A DNA stretch of 64,000 bases from the human T2T-CHM13v2.0 reference genome, Homo sapiens, in the NCBI RefSeq assembly GCF_009914755.1, contig NC_060925.1; one strand, given 5' to 3'. Positions 51,377 to 64,000 of this stretch are shown here, piece after piece (the stretch's first letter is position 1; each line of letters starts with the position of its first letter). The notes under the pieces are model-generated. The model was given only the letters and a program-made list of their open reading frames with translations. It was not told the DNA's origin and searched no databases. The position numbers and the translations under genes are program-made.

Positions 51377-53359
51377 AACTCGTTTTGGTGAATTCTGTAA
51401 TAGCTTATCATGAAGGTCAAACACAACCTTTAGATTGGTTTGGTTTTCTATATCTTTACTCTTTTGTCTGATTTTATATGTCTTAACTATACAGCACCGA
51501 TTATTGTCCATTCAACTCACATTTATTTTGTGTCCCTACTTCTAATTATTTCACTATTGTAACATATAAAATTAACAATTAACCCTTATAGTAGTATATA
51601 GATCCTTGTGCTTATTTAACAGATGAAAAGAAGTAAATTTTACAATGAAGCCACAGTTTCTAATTTATATTAAGGTTACTTATTACATCTTTACTTATTA
51701 ATGAGAAAAGGGGATTAGAATCACCAATTATGGGCACAAAAAATAAAGTTTGCTTTCACTTACCTCTTCAGTCACTCAAACTATTATGCATTCTTTTCTT
51801 TTATTGAAACTTGATCAGTTGCCATTTTCTAGATAATGTAGTTAAAATTTGCAGTTCTCATGTTCAATAGAACATTATGATGTATGCCTACTTTATCTGT
51901 TAATTGCTTCAAAATACAAATAGCAGAAAGTCTAAATAATCTACAAGCAAAGTTTTTCTTCAGAAGTTTCAATTGCAAGTAACATCTTCCAAATGTAGTT
52001 GTGTGTTTTAAATGTGTTTTCCACCTGACACTATCTTTTGAAAGATTAAAAACTACTTAGAAAATAGAGCAATAATAATTTCTATTAGTTTAAGAATCAA
52101 GCTTGAGACTTTTTTTCTACATATGGGAATTTGTTGTAAAGAAAGAGATGAAATAGTGGCTCAGAAAGCCCACTACTTTGTGAGAACATATACTAAACCG
52201 AAGGTGAGACCCATGGCACTAGAACATGGAATTATATGTCTATGATTTTTACCTGTAGAAAGAAATAATATGTGAATTATAGGTCTATGTCTATGGCCAT
52301 GGGTTGCATTAATGGGGATCTGTTACAAGGTATAAAAGATTTATTTGCTAAAGTTTGGCACTGCCATTATTAATTCTAGGATCCAGTCAGAAATATTAAG
52401 CAAAAAGTTTTGACTTACAAAAGCCTGGTACACTGTAGGGATAATGTTATGAATCCAGAACATTACATTTATTGGGCAAAAAGAAACTTCTAGGTTTCTT
52501 TTAAAGTTGTTTGCTTTATTCCTGGTATTAGAATTCAATGGGAATAAAAGATACATTTAGTAAGCCTAAACTTCAGGTCCCAAGCTATTAATTGTGTACA
52601 TAAGTGACAAATAAATATTTTCATTTAAGAGATATATATATTTTAATATTTTCTTGCAAGAGGAAAACTGTGTAAAGTGATTAGCTGAACATCTGTCTTT
52701 GCAAAGATAATTTTAAATGCGTTAAGCTTCCCCTCAGAATTCTTATATTTGTACAGAGAAATTTTCCTGTTTTTTTCCCTCTAAAATATTAAACATAAAA
52801 TTTATTTTTACAACTAACTAGGACTGATCTTAATTTTAGATTTATACCAGATATTGGTTATAAGATGATTTCATAACACCATATTAGATCTGAATAAGTG
52901 AATGCTATTTGCTCCTAGCTAATTGCAGCATGTTTCTTGATATGAAGACCTTAAAATATATCACTTCAAAGGAAATGAATATCTGTTAAAATGAGTAGAA
53001 AAGGCTATGCTTTCAATCTCCTACACAAATTTTACATCTGGAATGATCTGAAGGTTCTTCAAAGACATTCAAAATTAGGCTTTTTTATGTCCTGTTTTAA
53101 GTGAAAATATTTATTCTTCTAAGGGTCCATTTTATTTGTATTCATTCTTTTGTAAACCTCTTTACATTTCTCTTTACATTTTATTCTTTGCCCAAATCAA
53201 AAGTGATTCCTAAATTTTAATTATATTTGTAGGACAATTAAAAGCTTTTGATAACTTACAACAAATGAATTCTTGTTTTTTGCTAAGATCCCGTAAAGAA
53301 AACTCTTCTTCTTTATTCAAACTATCCATGATTACTTTCTTCAAAATGACATGAAATTT

Positions 53360-53538
53360 GATTGTCAGATAAAATACAAGGCATTGGGTTACATTCGAAT
53401 TTTAAATGAAACAAGAATAGTTTTTTAGTGCAAGTATGTCTCATGCAGTATTTGGGACATATTTGCACCAAAAATTGTTTCTTGTTTATTAGAAATTTAA
53501 ATTTAACTTGGCATCCTATTTTTTTTAATCTCGCAGCT
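53360..53538. mobile_element. MER53 palindromic hAT-family MITE
   Basis: ttgtcagataaaataca..ttttagtgcaagtatgtctca / tgggacatatttgcaccaaaa..aaatttaacttggcatcct; internal inverted repeat; matches MER53 as recalled. Confidence 0.8.
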
Positions 53539-53581
53539 TTAACATGAAAGAATCAACTATATCTACTTCACTTAAAAGAAC

Positions 53582-56500
53582 ATTTGTAGTTCTCCTTGCA
53601 GAGAGAGACTTCACCTCTCTAGTTAGCTGTATTCCTAAGCATTTTATTATTTTTGTGGCAATTGTGAATGGGAGTTTGCCTCTCAGCTTGGCTATTGTTG
53701 GTTATAGCAATGCTAGTGATTTTTGCACATTGATTTTGTATCCTGAGACTTTGCTAAAGTTATTCATTATCCTGAGAAGCTTTTGGGCTGAGACTATAGG
53801 ATTTTCTAGATACAGGATCATGACGGCTACAAGCAGGAATAGTTTGACTTCCTCTCTTCCTATTTGCATGCCCTTGCTTTCTTTCTCTTGCCTGATTGCC
53901 CTGGCCAGAACTTCCAATACTATGTTGGACAGTAGTGGCGAGAGAGGGCATCCTTGTCTTGTGGCGGTTTTCAATGGGAATACTTCCAGCTTTTACTCAT
54001 TTAGTATGATGGTAGCTGTGGGTTTATCATATGTGGCGCTCATTATTTTGAGGTATGTTTCTTCAATACCTAGATTATCAAGAGATTTCAACATGAATGG
54101 ATGTTGAATTTGATCAAAAATCTTTTCTGCAGCTATTGAGATAATCATGTAGTTTTTGTCTTTAGTTCTGTTTCTGTGATGAATCACATTTATTGATTTG
54201 TGTTTGTTGAACCAACCTTGCATCCCAGGGATAAAGTCTACTTGATCATGGTGGATAAGCTTTTTGATGTACTGCTGGATTTGGTTTGCTAGTATTTTGT
54301 TGAGAATTTTTGCATCAACATTTGTCAAGGATATTGGCCTGATGTTTTCTTTTTTTGTTGTATCTCCGTCAGGTTTTGGTATCAAGATGATGCTGGCCTC
54401 ACTGAATGAGTTAAAAAGGAGTTCCACCTTTTCAGTTTTTTTTTGGAATAGTTTCAATAGGAATGGTACCAGCTATTCTTTGTACATATGGTAGAATTCA
54501 GCTGTGAATCCACTGGGTCCTGGGCTTTTTTTATTGTTGGTGGTGGTGGTAGGCTTTTATTACTGCCTCAATTTCAGAATTTATTATTGTTTTGTTCAGG
54601 GATTCATTTTCTTCCTGCTTCAGTCTTGGGAGGGTGTATGTGTCCAGGAATTTATCGATTTCTTTTAAATTTTCTAGTTAATGTGCATAGGGGTGTTTAT
54701 AATATTCTGTAATAGTTATTTGTATTTCTGTGGGGTCAATGGTAATATCCCCCTTATCGTTTCTGACCGTGTTTATTTGAATCTTCTCTCTTTTCTTCTT
54801 TATTAGTCTAGCTAGTAGCCTATTTTATTAATTTTTTTTTCAAAAATCCAGCTCCTGAATTCATTGATCTTTTGAATTTTTTCATGTGTTTCAATATCCT
54901 TCAGTTCAGCTCTGATTTTGGTTATTTCTTGTCTTCTGCTAGCTTTGGGATTTGTTTGCTCTTGGTTCTCTAGTTGTTTTAGTACAAATCACTGCTCAAA
55001 GAAATCAGAGATGACATAAATAAATGGAAAAACAGTCCATGCTCTTGGACAGGAAGAAGCAATATTGTTAAAATGGCCATACTGCCCAAAGCAATTTATA
55101 GATTCAGTGCTATTCCTTATTAAACTACCATTGATATTCTTCACATAACTAAAAAACAAACAAACAAACAAACAAACAAAAAAGCCATTCTAAAATTCAC
55201 AGAAAACCAAAAAAAAAAAAAAGCCTGAATAGCCAAGGCAATCCTAAGCAAAAAGAACACACTTGTAGGCATCATGCTACACCACTTCGAACTATGCCAC
55301 AGGGCCACAGTAACCAAAACAGCATGGTACAGATACAAAAACAGACACATAGACCAATTGAACGGAATAGAGAACCCATAAATAAGATTGCACAGCTACA
55401 ACTGTCTGATCTTCAACAAATCTGACAAAAAACAACAATGGGAAAAAGGTTCCCTTTTCAATAAATGGTGCTGGGATAACTGGCTAGCCATATGCAGAAG
55501 ATTAAAACTGGACTCTTTCCTTATACCATATACAAAAATTGACTTGAGATGGATTAAAGACTTAAATGTAAAACTCAAAACTATAAAAACTCTGGAAAGC
55601 AACCTAGGTAATACCTACCATTCAGGACATAGGAACTGGCAAAGGTTTTATGATGAAGATGCCAAAAGCAATAGCAACAAAAGTACAAATTGACAAATGG
55701 TATCTAATTAAACTAAGGAGCTTCTGCACAGCAAAAGAAACTATCAACAGAGCAAACAGGCAGCTTACAGAATGGGAGAAAATGTTTGCAAACAATGAAT
55801 CTGACAAATGTCTAATATCCAGAATCTATATGGAACTTAAATTTACAAGAAAAAAAAAACCCTTAAACAGTGTACAAATGACATGAAAAGATATTTTTCA
55901 AAAGAAGACATACATGTGGCCAATAATCATGTGACAAAAAGCTCAGCATCACTGATCATTAGAGAAGTGCAAATCAAAACCACAATGAGATAATATCTCA
56001 TGCCAATCAGAAAGGCTGTTACTAAAAAGTCAAAAAACAACAGACGCTGGCAAGGTTGTGGCAAAAAAGGAGCACTTATACACTGTTGGTGGGAGTGTAA
56101 ATTAGTTCAACTATTGTGGAAGACAGTGTAGAGATTCCTCAAAGACCTAAAGATGGAATTACCATTCGACCCAGCAATCCTACTAGTGGGTATACACCCA
56201 AAGGGATATAAATCATTCTATTATAAAGATACATGGACACATGCAGCACTATTCACAATAGCAAAGACATGGAATCAACTTAAATGCCCATCAGTTATAG
56301 ACTGGGCAAAGAAAATGTGGTATATATACACCATGATATACTATGCAGCCATAAAAAGAATGAGATCATATCTTCTGCAGGGACACGGGTGGAGCTGGAG
56401 GCCATTATCCTTAGCAAACTAATGCAGGAACAGAAAATCAAATATCACATGTTCTCACTTATAAGTGGGAGATAAATGATGAGAACACGTGGACACATAG

Positions 56501-56680
56501 AGGGGAACAACACACTGGGGCCTACTGGAGGGAGAGAGAACAGAGAGGATCCGGAAAAATAACTAATGGATACTAGGCTCAATGCCTGAATGATGAAATA
56601 ATCTGTACAAAAAACCCGCACAACAAAAGTTTTCCTATGTAACAAACCTGCACATGTACCCCTGAACTTAAAAGTTAAAG
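53582..56680 (+). mobile_element. L1PA13-16-type element with a 5' inversion (antisense 53582-54983, sense 54983-56680)
   Basis: RT-domain ORFs on the minus strand ([11 protein letters not shown]; [20 protein letters not shown]); ORF2 C-terminus and 3' UTR on the plus strand; TSD aaaagaacatttg / agaagaacatttg. Confidence 0.93.
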
Positions 56681-56839
56681 ATATTTAGAAGAACATTTGA
56701 GAGTTCAGCTTTGTAAGATCCTGAGATGAAAAGATTAAATGAAACTATTTACATTAGTGTGCAAATAGGAACTTTAAAAATACTGACTCAATCAAGAATA
56801 TGTATCTCATATCATTACTTATAAATAAAAAATAATTAT

Positions 56840-57050
56840 TATAATTAACATTTATTGAGATAAACACATGCCAGGTATTTATCCCTTGTTTTATACCTGC
56901 ATTGGTTTCATAAGACAAATCCTATGCCACATATATTCTTTTTTCCATTTTATATGGGGTAGAGGGTTAGAAAAGTTCAGTATCTGGTCTGTTACAGCAA
57001 GTGACAGAGCCAGGACTTGAACCAGCTCTTACAAACACTGTAGGCTGTGC
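56840..57050 (-). mobile_element. MIR SINE
   Basis: aacatttattgag..catgccaggt..ccattttata..gcaagtgacagagccaggacttgaacca. Confidence 0.7.
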
Positions 57051-60000
57051 TCCTAATCCACCTTGCAAATATCAGTGTCATGTGCTTTGAAAAACTGGTG
57101 AAGAAAACAACCTGAAATTGTTTTCTGTCTCTTCTTTATTTCATGATTAAAACAAAAACAAAACCGTGTGTAATATATGCTCTCAACAACACTGCACAAC
57201 ATAGTGAGCTTAGATGAACTCACAGCATTGAAGTTATTATATAAAAATAAACACACTCTTAAACACCCATGGGAAAGGATTGTTCTCATAATTTGTATGA
57301 GCAAAGATCACCTCATTGCTGAAGTGAGTGCCAGGAAATAAAACACTACAATAAATAACAAATGTCATTGTTCCATTGTCCCACAATTTGGTAATCAGAA
57401 CAAGTTCTCACTGTTTGGATCACATTTCTGTGTGTTTGTCAGACGACCCATCAATCAGTATTTAAAACAAGTTAACAGGGCACCATAAAATGCAAACCAC
57501 ATTTATGGGGAGTGTGACTCATTAACTCTATCTGGGGTGGCACACTGAGTCCAAGGGAGCTCTCTTCTGATCTAGTTGTCCCCAATTTAGTATGCCAGGG
57601 AACTGAAAATGGACTTTCTATGTAAAATAACACGTTTTTCCCTCTAGAGAAACATTGCTTTGTTGATGTGTATTCACCCTTTCCAGAGTAAAAATGGAAA
57701 CTCTGGTGCATTTTTATTTCATTTTCCAGAAAAGGGAAGTTTGCTGGATTCAGTGGTATCTTTCATAGATAGCAGGGAAATCACAGCTATAGAAGCTGGC
57801 GTCCCATCAAAGAATAAAAATATTTTATTGAATTTTTATGGATTGTGTAATCTTTAGTTTTTTATGCACACTTTTTGAAGTGGGAAGAAGATGTGGCACC
57901 AGGAAAGGAAATAATCTGTCCATGGTATGAAAGCTGGGAAGAGAACCTGGTCATCCACAGAACCTGCCCCCACTGGTTAACACAGGCTTAATGTAGGGGT
58001 CTCCTGATGGTGTATTAGGTCACTGCCTGCTAAGAATTTGTATGGGTAATCAATAATTCTGACTTGTCATTAATACAGATTAGTACATCATGAATTACAT
58101 TTCTGTGCTTTTGTTGTATGCTATATAAGACAGGTGTGAAAGGGATTATTATAGTTTAAAAACATGGCATGTAGTAAATGCCTTTATTAAAGAGCTTTCA
58201 TTTATATGTATTTGTTTTCATTGCACTGACAACTTAGGCTAAAGGCAGGAATGGAAACAAAGAATATGCAAAAGATCTAAAGCTAAAAGTTTGAATGTTT
58301 TTGTCATAATTACCAGATATTAAAAAAACTAAACTTTCTCAAGGGCCATCTAGTATCTGCTTTGAATTACTCTGAATTGATTTGGCAAATAAATTTCCCA
58401 TCATTTCTCTTATATTGTGGTGGATCCTTGCAGACAATAGCAAAGAACTCTTAGGTATTTAAGGTTACACTCTGTAGAAGGTTTTAGCACTGATTCTTCG
58501 GACATCATGTTTTTTTTTCAATGCATTTTTTTACCTTACACTATTTTTTCTCACCTGGATGTATACTGATTAGGTTACCAACTCTTCAATCATCTACTAG
58601 ATCTTTGTCCTAGATGCTGAATCTTGACTTTGATCCCATACTATCTTAGAGCATCTGGTAATCCTAAATGATAATTTTGCATCCATATTGAAGGAACACA
58701 AGTAAAACATAAAGAATCACACTTTAACAAACAAGAAGCAATTGTTCAATAGCTAGAGTCAAGTGAATTATCTGAGAAAATGCATATAAAGGATATAAAT
58801 GTAGTACACCTTAATCTGGTTTTTCCAGTGTGTGTGCAAGTATATGGGTTTCCCCTAAGACAGTCGAATGTTTCTCATCTGAGCTCACAGTCAGTTTCAG
58901 TTTTATAAAATGCATTCTTAAATGAACCAAGTTATTTTTATAAATAAAATGTGCTTTGGCGGCTTTCTCTTTGTTTAAACTAGCATTAAATCATGGAAGT
59001 CAAGTTTCTCTTTGATGGGAGTCAGTGGGAAATAAACTCTACTTGTTCTTTCAAGAGATAGCAAAATATTTGTTTCCAATTTAAATGCAGGAAGTTAAAA
59101 AAGGTCAAAACTAGTCGAATCAATGACAACTTTAGTCAAATTACTAAAATCTTATAAGTTTCTCTCTACAGATTTGTACAGTATGTTTTAATTCAATGCC
59201 CTATAGTCATTTAGGGAACATCTGAATTTCAGAAATAAAGTCAACTATATATTTATATAATGTTAAAGGAAGAGATTAATTTTAGTTAGCATCGCAAGAT
59301 GACATCCTTTGTAGGCTATTTATTATTTAATATAATTCTATGGAGATTTACATATAAGACATCTGTCCAGGAATATTAGCTGAGACTTGTATTTTGTGAT
59401 TTTATGTAGCAACTGAAATTATTACAAGTGCAAGACATGTTATGATACTAACTTTTGCAAAAAAAAAAAAAAGAGGAAGAATTGGATATTGTCTGGGGTT
59501 TCTAACTACTCCATTGAAAACTCTAGTACTTCTTCTTATTCCAATTATTTAATTTTTTCCATGCCCTCACTTCAATTCCTTGTGCAACAGCATCATTAGC
59601 TCCTTCTCCTACAGTGGCCTATCACCTCCATTGCTCTGTTGACAACTAAGCTTGTATCAGTCAGATTTCTCTCCTCCTTGCCTCTATTCCCACTCTAGCT
59701 GCTGCTTTACTTGAAACTATTACTATTTTAAAAAACATAACTTACCTACTGGCACTATGAGATATGAATGATTCCAACATCGATTCAGGACCACAATGTA
59801 ATGAATAGATCTTTTTCTTGTTTTCAATTGATCTCTTTTACTATTCCCCTTGGTATTCTCCCAAATGTGAACATCTCCATGGCTACTACTTTCATCAAGT
59901 GCCATTGATTCTTTTACTTTAGAAAAAAATAGCAGACATTCACCTGAATTTGTTCCTGTGCATTTAAAAATATATTCTAACTTTATCATATTCACTTTTC

Positions 60001-60189
60001 CTTTCCTATCTCAGAAGAAGTTTCCCTATCTTTTACTGGGCCAAACTCTTTACCTGTGGTCTTTGCACTTTTTGGAATAAACATTATTTTGTTAAATGAT
60101 ACATCCTTATTGTAAAAAAGCAAGTGACACAGAAAAGCACCAATAAAAATGTTAACAAACTATCCCAAATCCAACTGGAAAGCGGTTAA

Positions 60190-60710
60190 AGGAGAAAAGA
60201 GAGTTCACAGAACAAGAATTCCAAAAGGCCCTAAACATATGCTCAACTTCACTCAGATAAGAAAAATGCTAATTAAAACTTCATTGAGATAACAATTTTC
60301 AATAGTAAATATATCCTGTTGTCAGGGTTGTGGGGAAATAAGAACTTTCATTATTTTACCAGTACAAAATAAACAACCTTAAAAAGGACAATGTGGCAAT
60401 AGCTATCAAATTTATAGGTGTTTCTACATTTACCTAGAAACTCTACATCTGGGGAGTTACCCTCGAGGAATATCTATTTAGTTACAAAATATGTGTACAG
60501 ATTATTTATTACATCTTCCTTTGAAGTGGGAAATTATTGGAAACAACTAAAGTGCCCATCTATAGCTATTCAGTTAAATAAACTAAGGTATTCTATTCAT
60601 TACCTATAGGGAATGGCAGGAGATGGTGACATGGGAAGGAGCTTGGACATGTTAGCATACAGTTTTGAGTTTTAAACTGTGCATCTATTCCCTATTTGAA
60701 AAATCATTAA
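60190..60710 (+). mobile_element. Old L1M 3' fragment
   Basis: atgctcaacttcactc..aaatgctaattaaaact; aattattggaaacaactaaagtgcccatc. Confidence 0.65.
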
Positions 60711-60789
60711 AGAAAATTCCCTAACACACTTACAGATATAAACATTATATTTTTGTGAATATTATTCTAGTTATTTCTCTATACACATA

Positions 60790-60875
60790 GAAGGAAGAAA
60801 AGAGGAAAGGAAGGGAGAAAGAAATAAATGAAGGAAGAAGGGAGAAAAGAAAGGATGGAAGGAGGAAGAAGGAAG
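60790..60875. repeat. GA-rich low-complexity repeat
   Basis: Read directly from the sequence. Confidence 0.8.
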
Positions 60876-60897
60876 GCTAAATAAGAACATTTTTCCA

Positions 60898-61200
<303 letters not shown>

Positions 61201-61675
61201 TAGATTTTAAAAGATGTATAAAAATCTAGTAATAACAAAAATTTGAAAACATAAAATATAGATTTTCCTTATATTAAAAATGATTACTTTTAATTCACAT
61301 AAACATAAGAAAAAAGAATTGTAACAAGTTAAAAAAGAATTTTTTAACCTATAGTTAAATTTCTTTTTTTACAACATATATTTTATGACTTTATACTGAA
61401 CCTAAGCCAAACAAAGATCAAAAAACTTCAAAATTGTTCAACTTCACTTACTATTACCTATCTTCCTGCTATTAAAGATAATGAATTGTCATATTCAAAC
61501 TTCCTCCATCGTCTGTCTACACCTCTTGAGGTTTTTTGTATTTATGTTGCTAAATCCACAATATTGAACTAACTAGCCCTGCAGTAGGCCTATATTTAAA
61601 ATGAATCAGAATCTAGAGTCTTTGTAGGGCTTTTCTTTTGCTAAAATCCTTAAATCCTTATTTTCATTCATCTTT

Positions 61676-61982
61676 TTTTTTTTTTTTTTTTTTTTTAGAC
61701 AGAATCTCACTCTTGCTCTTTTGCCCAGGCTAGAGTGCAGTTGCATAATCTCAGCTGACTGAAACCTCTGCCTCCTAGGTTCAAGTGATTGTCCTGTTTC
61801 AGCCTCCTGAGGAGCTGGGATTACAGGTGCATGCCACCACGTCCGGCTAATTTTTGCATCTTTAGTAGAGACTGTGTTTTACCTTTTGGCCAGGCTAGTC
61901 TCGAACTCCTGACCTCAAGTGATCAGCCCACCTTGGCCTCCCAAAGTGTTGGGATTACAAGTGTGAGCCACCACCCCTGGCC
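61676..61982 (-). mobile_element. AluS element
   Basis: Alu consensus; TSD tcattcatcttt at 61664-61675 and 61983-61994. Confidence 0.93.
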
Positions 61983-64000
61983 TCATTCATCTTTAATTAG
62001 GATGATTTTATTATAAAGTGAAAGTGGGTCTTATCAAACTTCTTTATGATGCTGTTTCCTTCTGATCTTGAATATTTGAGAATATCTAGCATTTTTATGA
62101 TTGAAAGAAAGCACAGCAAAAATTTAAAAAAAACATTGAGAGTCATTTTTTTTTTTGGTCCCAAAGAATTTTATAAACTTAATTTCATGGAATTCTGTCA
62201 TTGATTGTTGCTGTGCAATGCTGGAGCCAGACCAAACGTTTTCTCTTATAAGCATTAATTGTGTTTTCTTCCTGGATGATTGTATGATTCTTTCTTGATC
62301 TTTGAAATTATGAAGTCCATCTTGCTCAATCTTGGTGCCAATCTTTCTGTATGGATTCTTCCTGAGACACAATGTGTATTTTTAATCTTTATATTCAGAT
62401 TTTAATTTTTTTCACGAAATTTTAAATTTACTCTATCTTTGAATTTCTCTTTCATGCATTTGGCATCCTTCAGGGGCAGTTGTTCAATTGTCCACATCTA
62501 TTAGTTTCCTTCAGATTTTTAAAGGAATCTCTTTTGTTTTTCAGCGCTGACTGTTTCCTGGATAATTTGCTCCCTTCTGCCTATCCTGTCAATTTCTTTC
62601 TGTATCTCTTTTTCTCTCTTTTACCCATTTCTTCTTCTTTGTGTATTTACGTGTGAAAGGGTGAAGATACAGAACCTTGTTTTTGTATTGAACGTCTGCA
62701 TTCCCTAATTTTCTTATATTTTATTGCCAATTTTAAAAATCTCATTGTCCTTTCATTCTACTCTTCGAGAATCTTCAACTTTTTGTATCTTCTATTGATG
62801 TTTTCTCTCTTAAATATAATTTCATTTCCACAAATTCTTTTAAATTTATTCTCAGGGTATTCATTTTTAATCACCTTGTATAGGTGCTCTATGATGGAAA
62901 TAGCTCTCTGAGCATATTAGTTACAACGTTTTCCTATTCCAGGTATTGCTCTTTTTATCTATGTTTCCTTTGCCCAGCTCCAGACTTCCTTGATGAGATA
63001 ACCTGAGCTCTTTTCCAGTTATCGTAAACATCAATGCCTTTAAGACACCTTCCAAATATCGCCAGATCTGTAAAGATGGTCTCACTGCCTCACAGCCAGA
63101 ATGTATTAGTCTCTTCATCTTACCTTCATAGCACATTGATTATAATTCTACCATAGTATATATCATATTCCACTGTAATCTTTTTATGAGTATCTCCCTT
63201 AGGGAACATCATTCCTCAAGATCAGAAACTATACCCGTACCTATCCGTATAACTTTTCTGTAGCAACTTGCAGTAGTGGAAACATCTAAATGTTCAATAG
63301 GTATGTTTTAATTGCTATTATAAGAATAAACCACCTTGGTTTTAGTCATGTCTGAACTTTTAATTTTTTTTAGTTTTTGAGACTTTTCTAGAGAGTAAAT
63401 TCAGGTTCACAAGAAAATTGAGAAGGCAGGATGATATCCTATATACCCTCTGCCACTATGTATACATAGCCACCCTCACAACTTTTTTGAAATATAAATT
63501 ATATCAACCTCCAGTAAAATATTTACTACAGTTAGTTCTCAACCTTATTATCATTTTTTCTCAACCACATCACTCACAAACTTGGTTTTTTGTCTTAGAA
63601 TAAATGTTGTGCTGTTTTCCCCAGCTTCCAGGATGCTTAGCTGCTTTAGTTCTCCAATGGGACTAATCATTTTCAACAATTTCACTGCATGCTTTACCCC
63701 CTGTGTCTTTTCTTCATCTTGATTCACCTTAACAGAGTTCATCCCCCAGTGAGCTTGCCACTTTGCCCCTTGTCTTTCAAGCACCTGGCACATGATGTGT
63801 TTGGGGGACATTTACTGGAGGTGTTTTAAGTGGAAGGAAGCAAGCTTTTTGGGGGCCTTTATGGTCTGCCCCAAACCCCATTTAGAGAGCAGAGTAAATT
63901 TTCATACAACACTGTGTCAGTGAGACTGGGACACGAAAGTGGGGGCTTAAGTAAGGGGAATTCAGAGAGGAACTTTAAAAAGTGACGGAATGAAGCCAAG

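Larger units (their letters stand above)
50098..51392 (+). other. PTPRC: PTPRC 3' UTR (AU-rich; end approximate)
   Basis: Follows the stop codon; contains AATAAA at 50538, 50900, 50915/50919, 51164 and 51371. Confidence 0.75.

Noticed and set aside
53544-54457. 187-aa plus-strand and 154-aa minus-strand ORFs
   Set aside because: The minus ORF is a fragment of L1 reverse transcriptase and the plus ORF is its antisense shadow.
63560-64000. Possible LTR at the right edge of the window
   Set aside because: Slightly GC-richer, but I could not match it confidently to a family; it needs a Dfam search.

Overview
AT-rich primate (most likely human) genomic DNA containing the 3' part of PTPRC (CD45, receptor-type tyrosine phosphatase C) on the + strand. 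There are 25 coding exons, equal to exons 9-33 if the usual 33-exon numbering is applied. All have GT-AG boundaries and splice into one open frame of 3236 nt that ends at TAG 50095-50097. They encode the cysteine-rich/FN3 ectodomain, the TM helix, the wedge, the active D1 phosphatase, the inactive D2 domain and the C-terminal tail. A 3' UTR with several AATAAA signals follows (to about 51390), then about 12.6 kb of downstream DNA. The rest is mostly transposon-derived: 10 Alus (9 antisense), two independent 5'-inverted (twin-primed) L1s, older L1/L2/MIR fragments, an MLT1 LTR, a Tigger4-type MITE and a MER53 palindrome. I found no evidence of a new protein-coding gene, and most ORF-track entries are noise or repeat-derived. 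The best leads are RNA-level or cis-acting. (1) An antisense Alu just upstream of the TM exon has a near-ideal acceptor and a GTAAGC donor, and its inclusion would place a stop codon exactly at the end of the ectodomain. (2) Intron 31 has a tandem hairpin array with identical C-ACAAA-G loops. (3) Intron 12 has a hairpin/octamer/CCAAT cluster. (4) Exon 11 has a recursive-splice signature. (5) A MER53 hairpin carries a miR-1302-like arm and apparently symmetric arm changes. Repeat subfamily names are from memory of consensus sequences and need RepeatMasker/Dfam confirmation.
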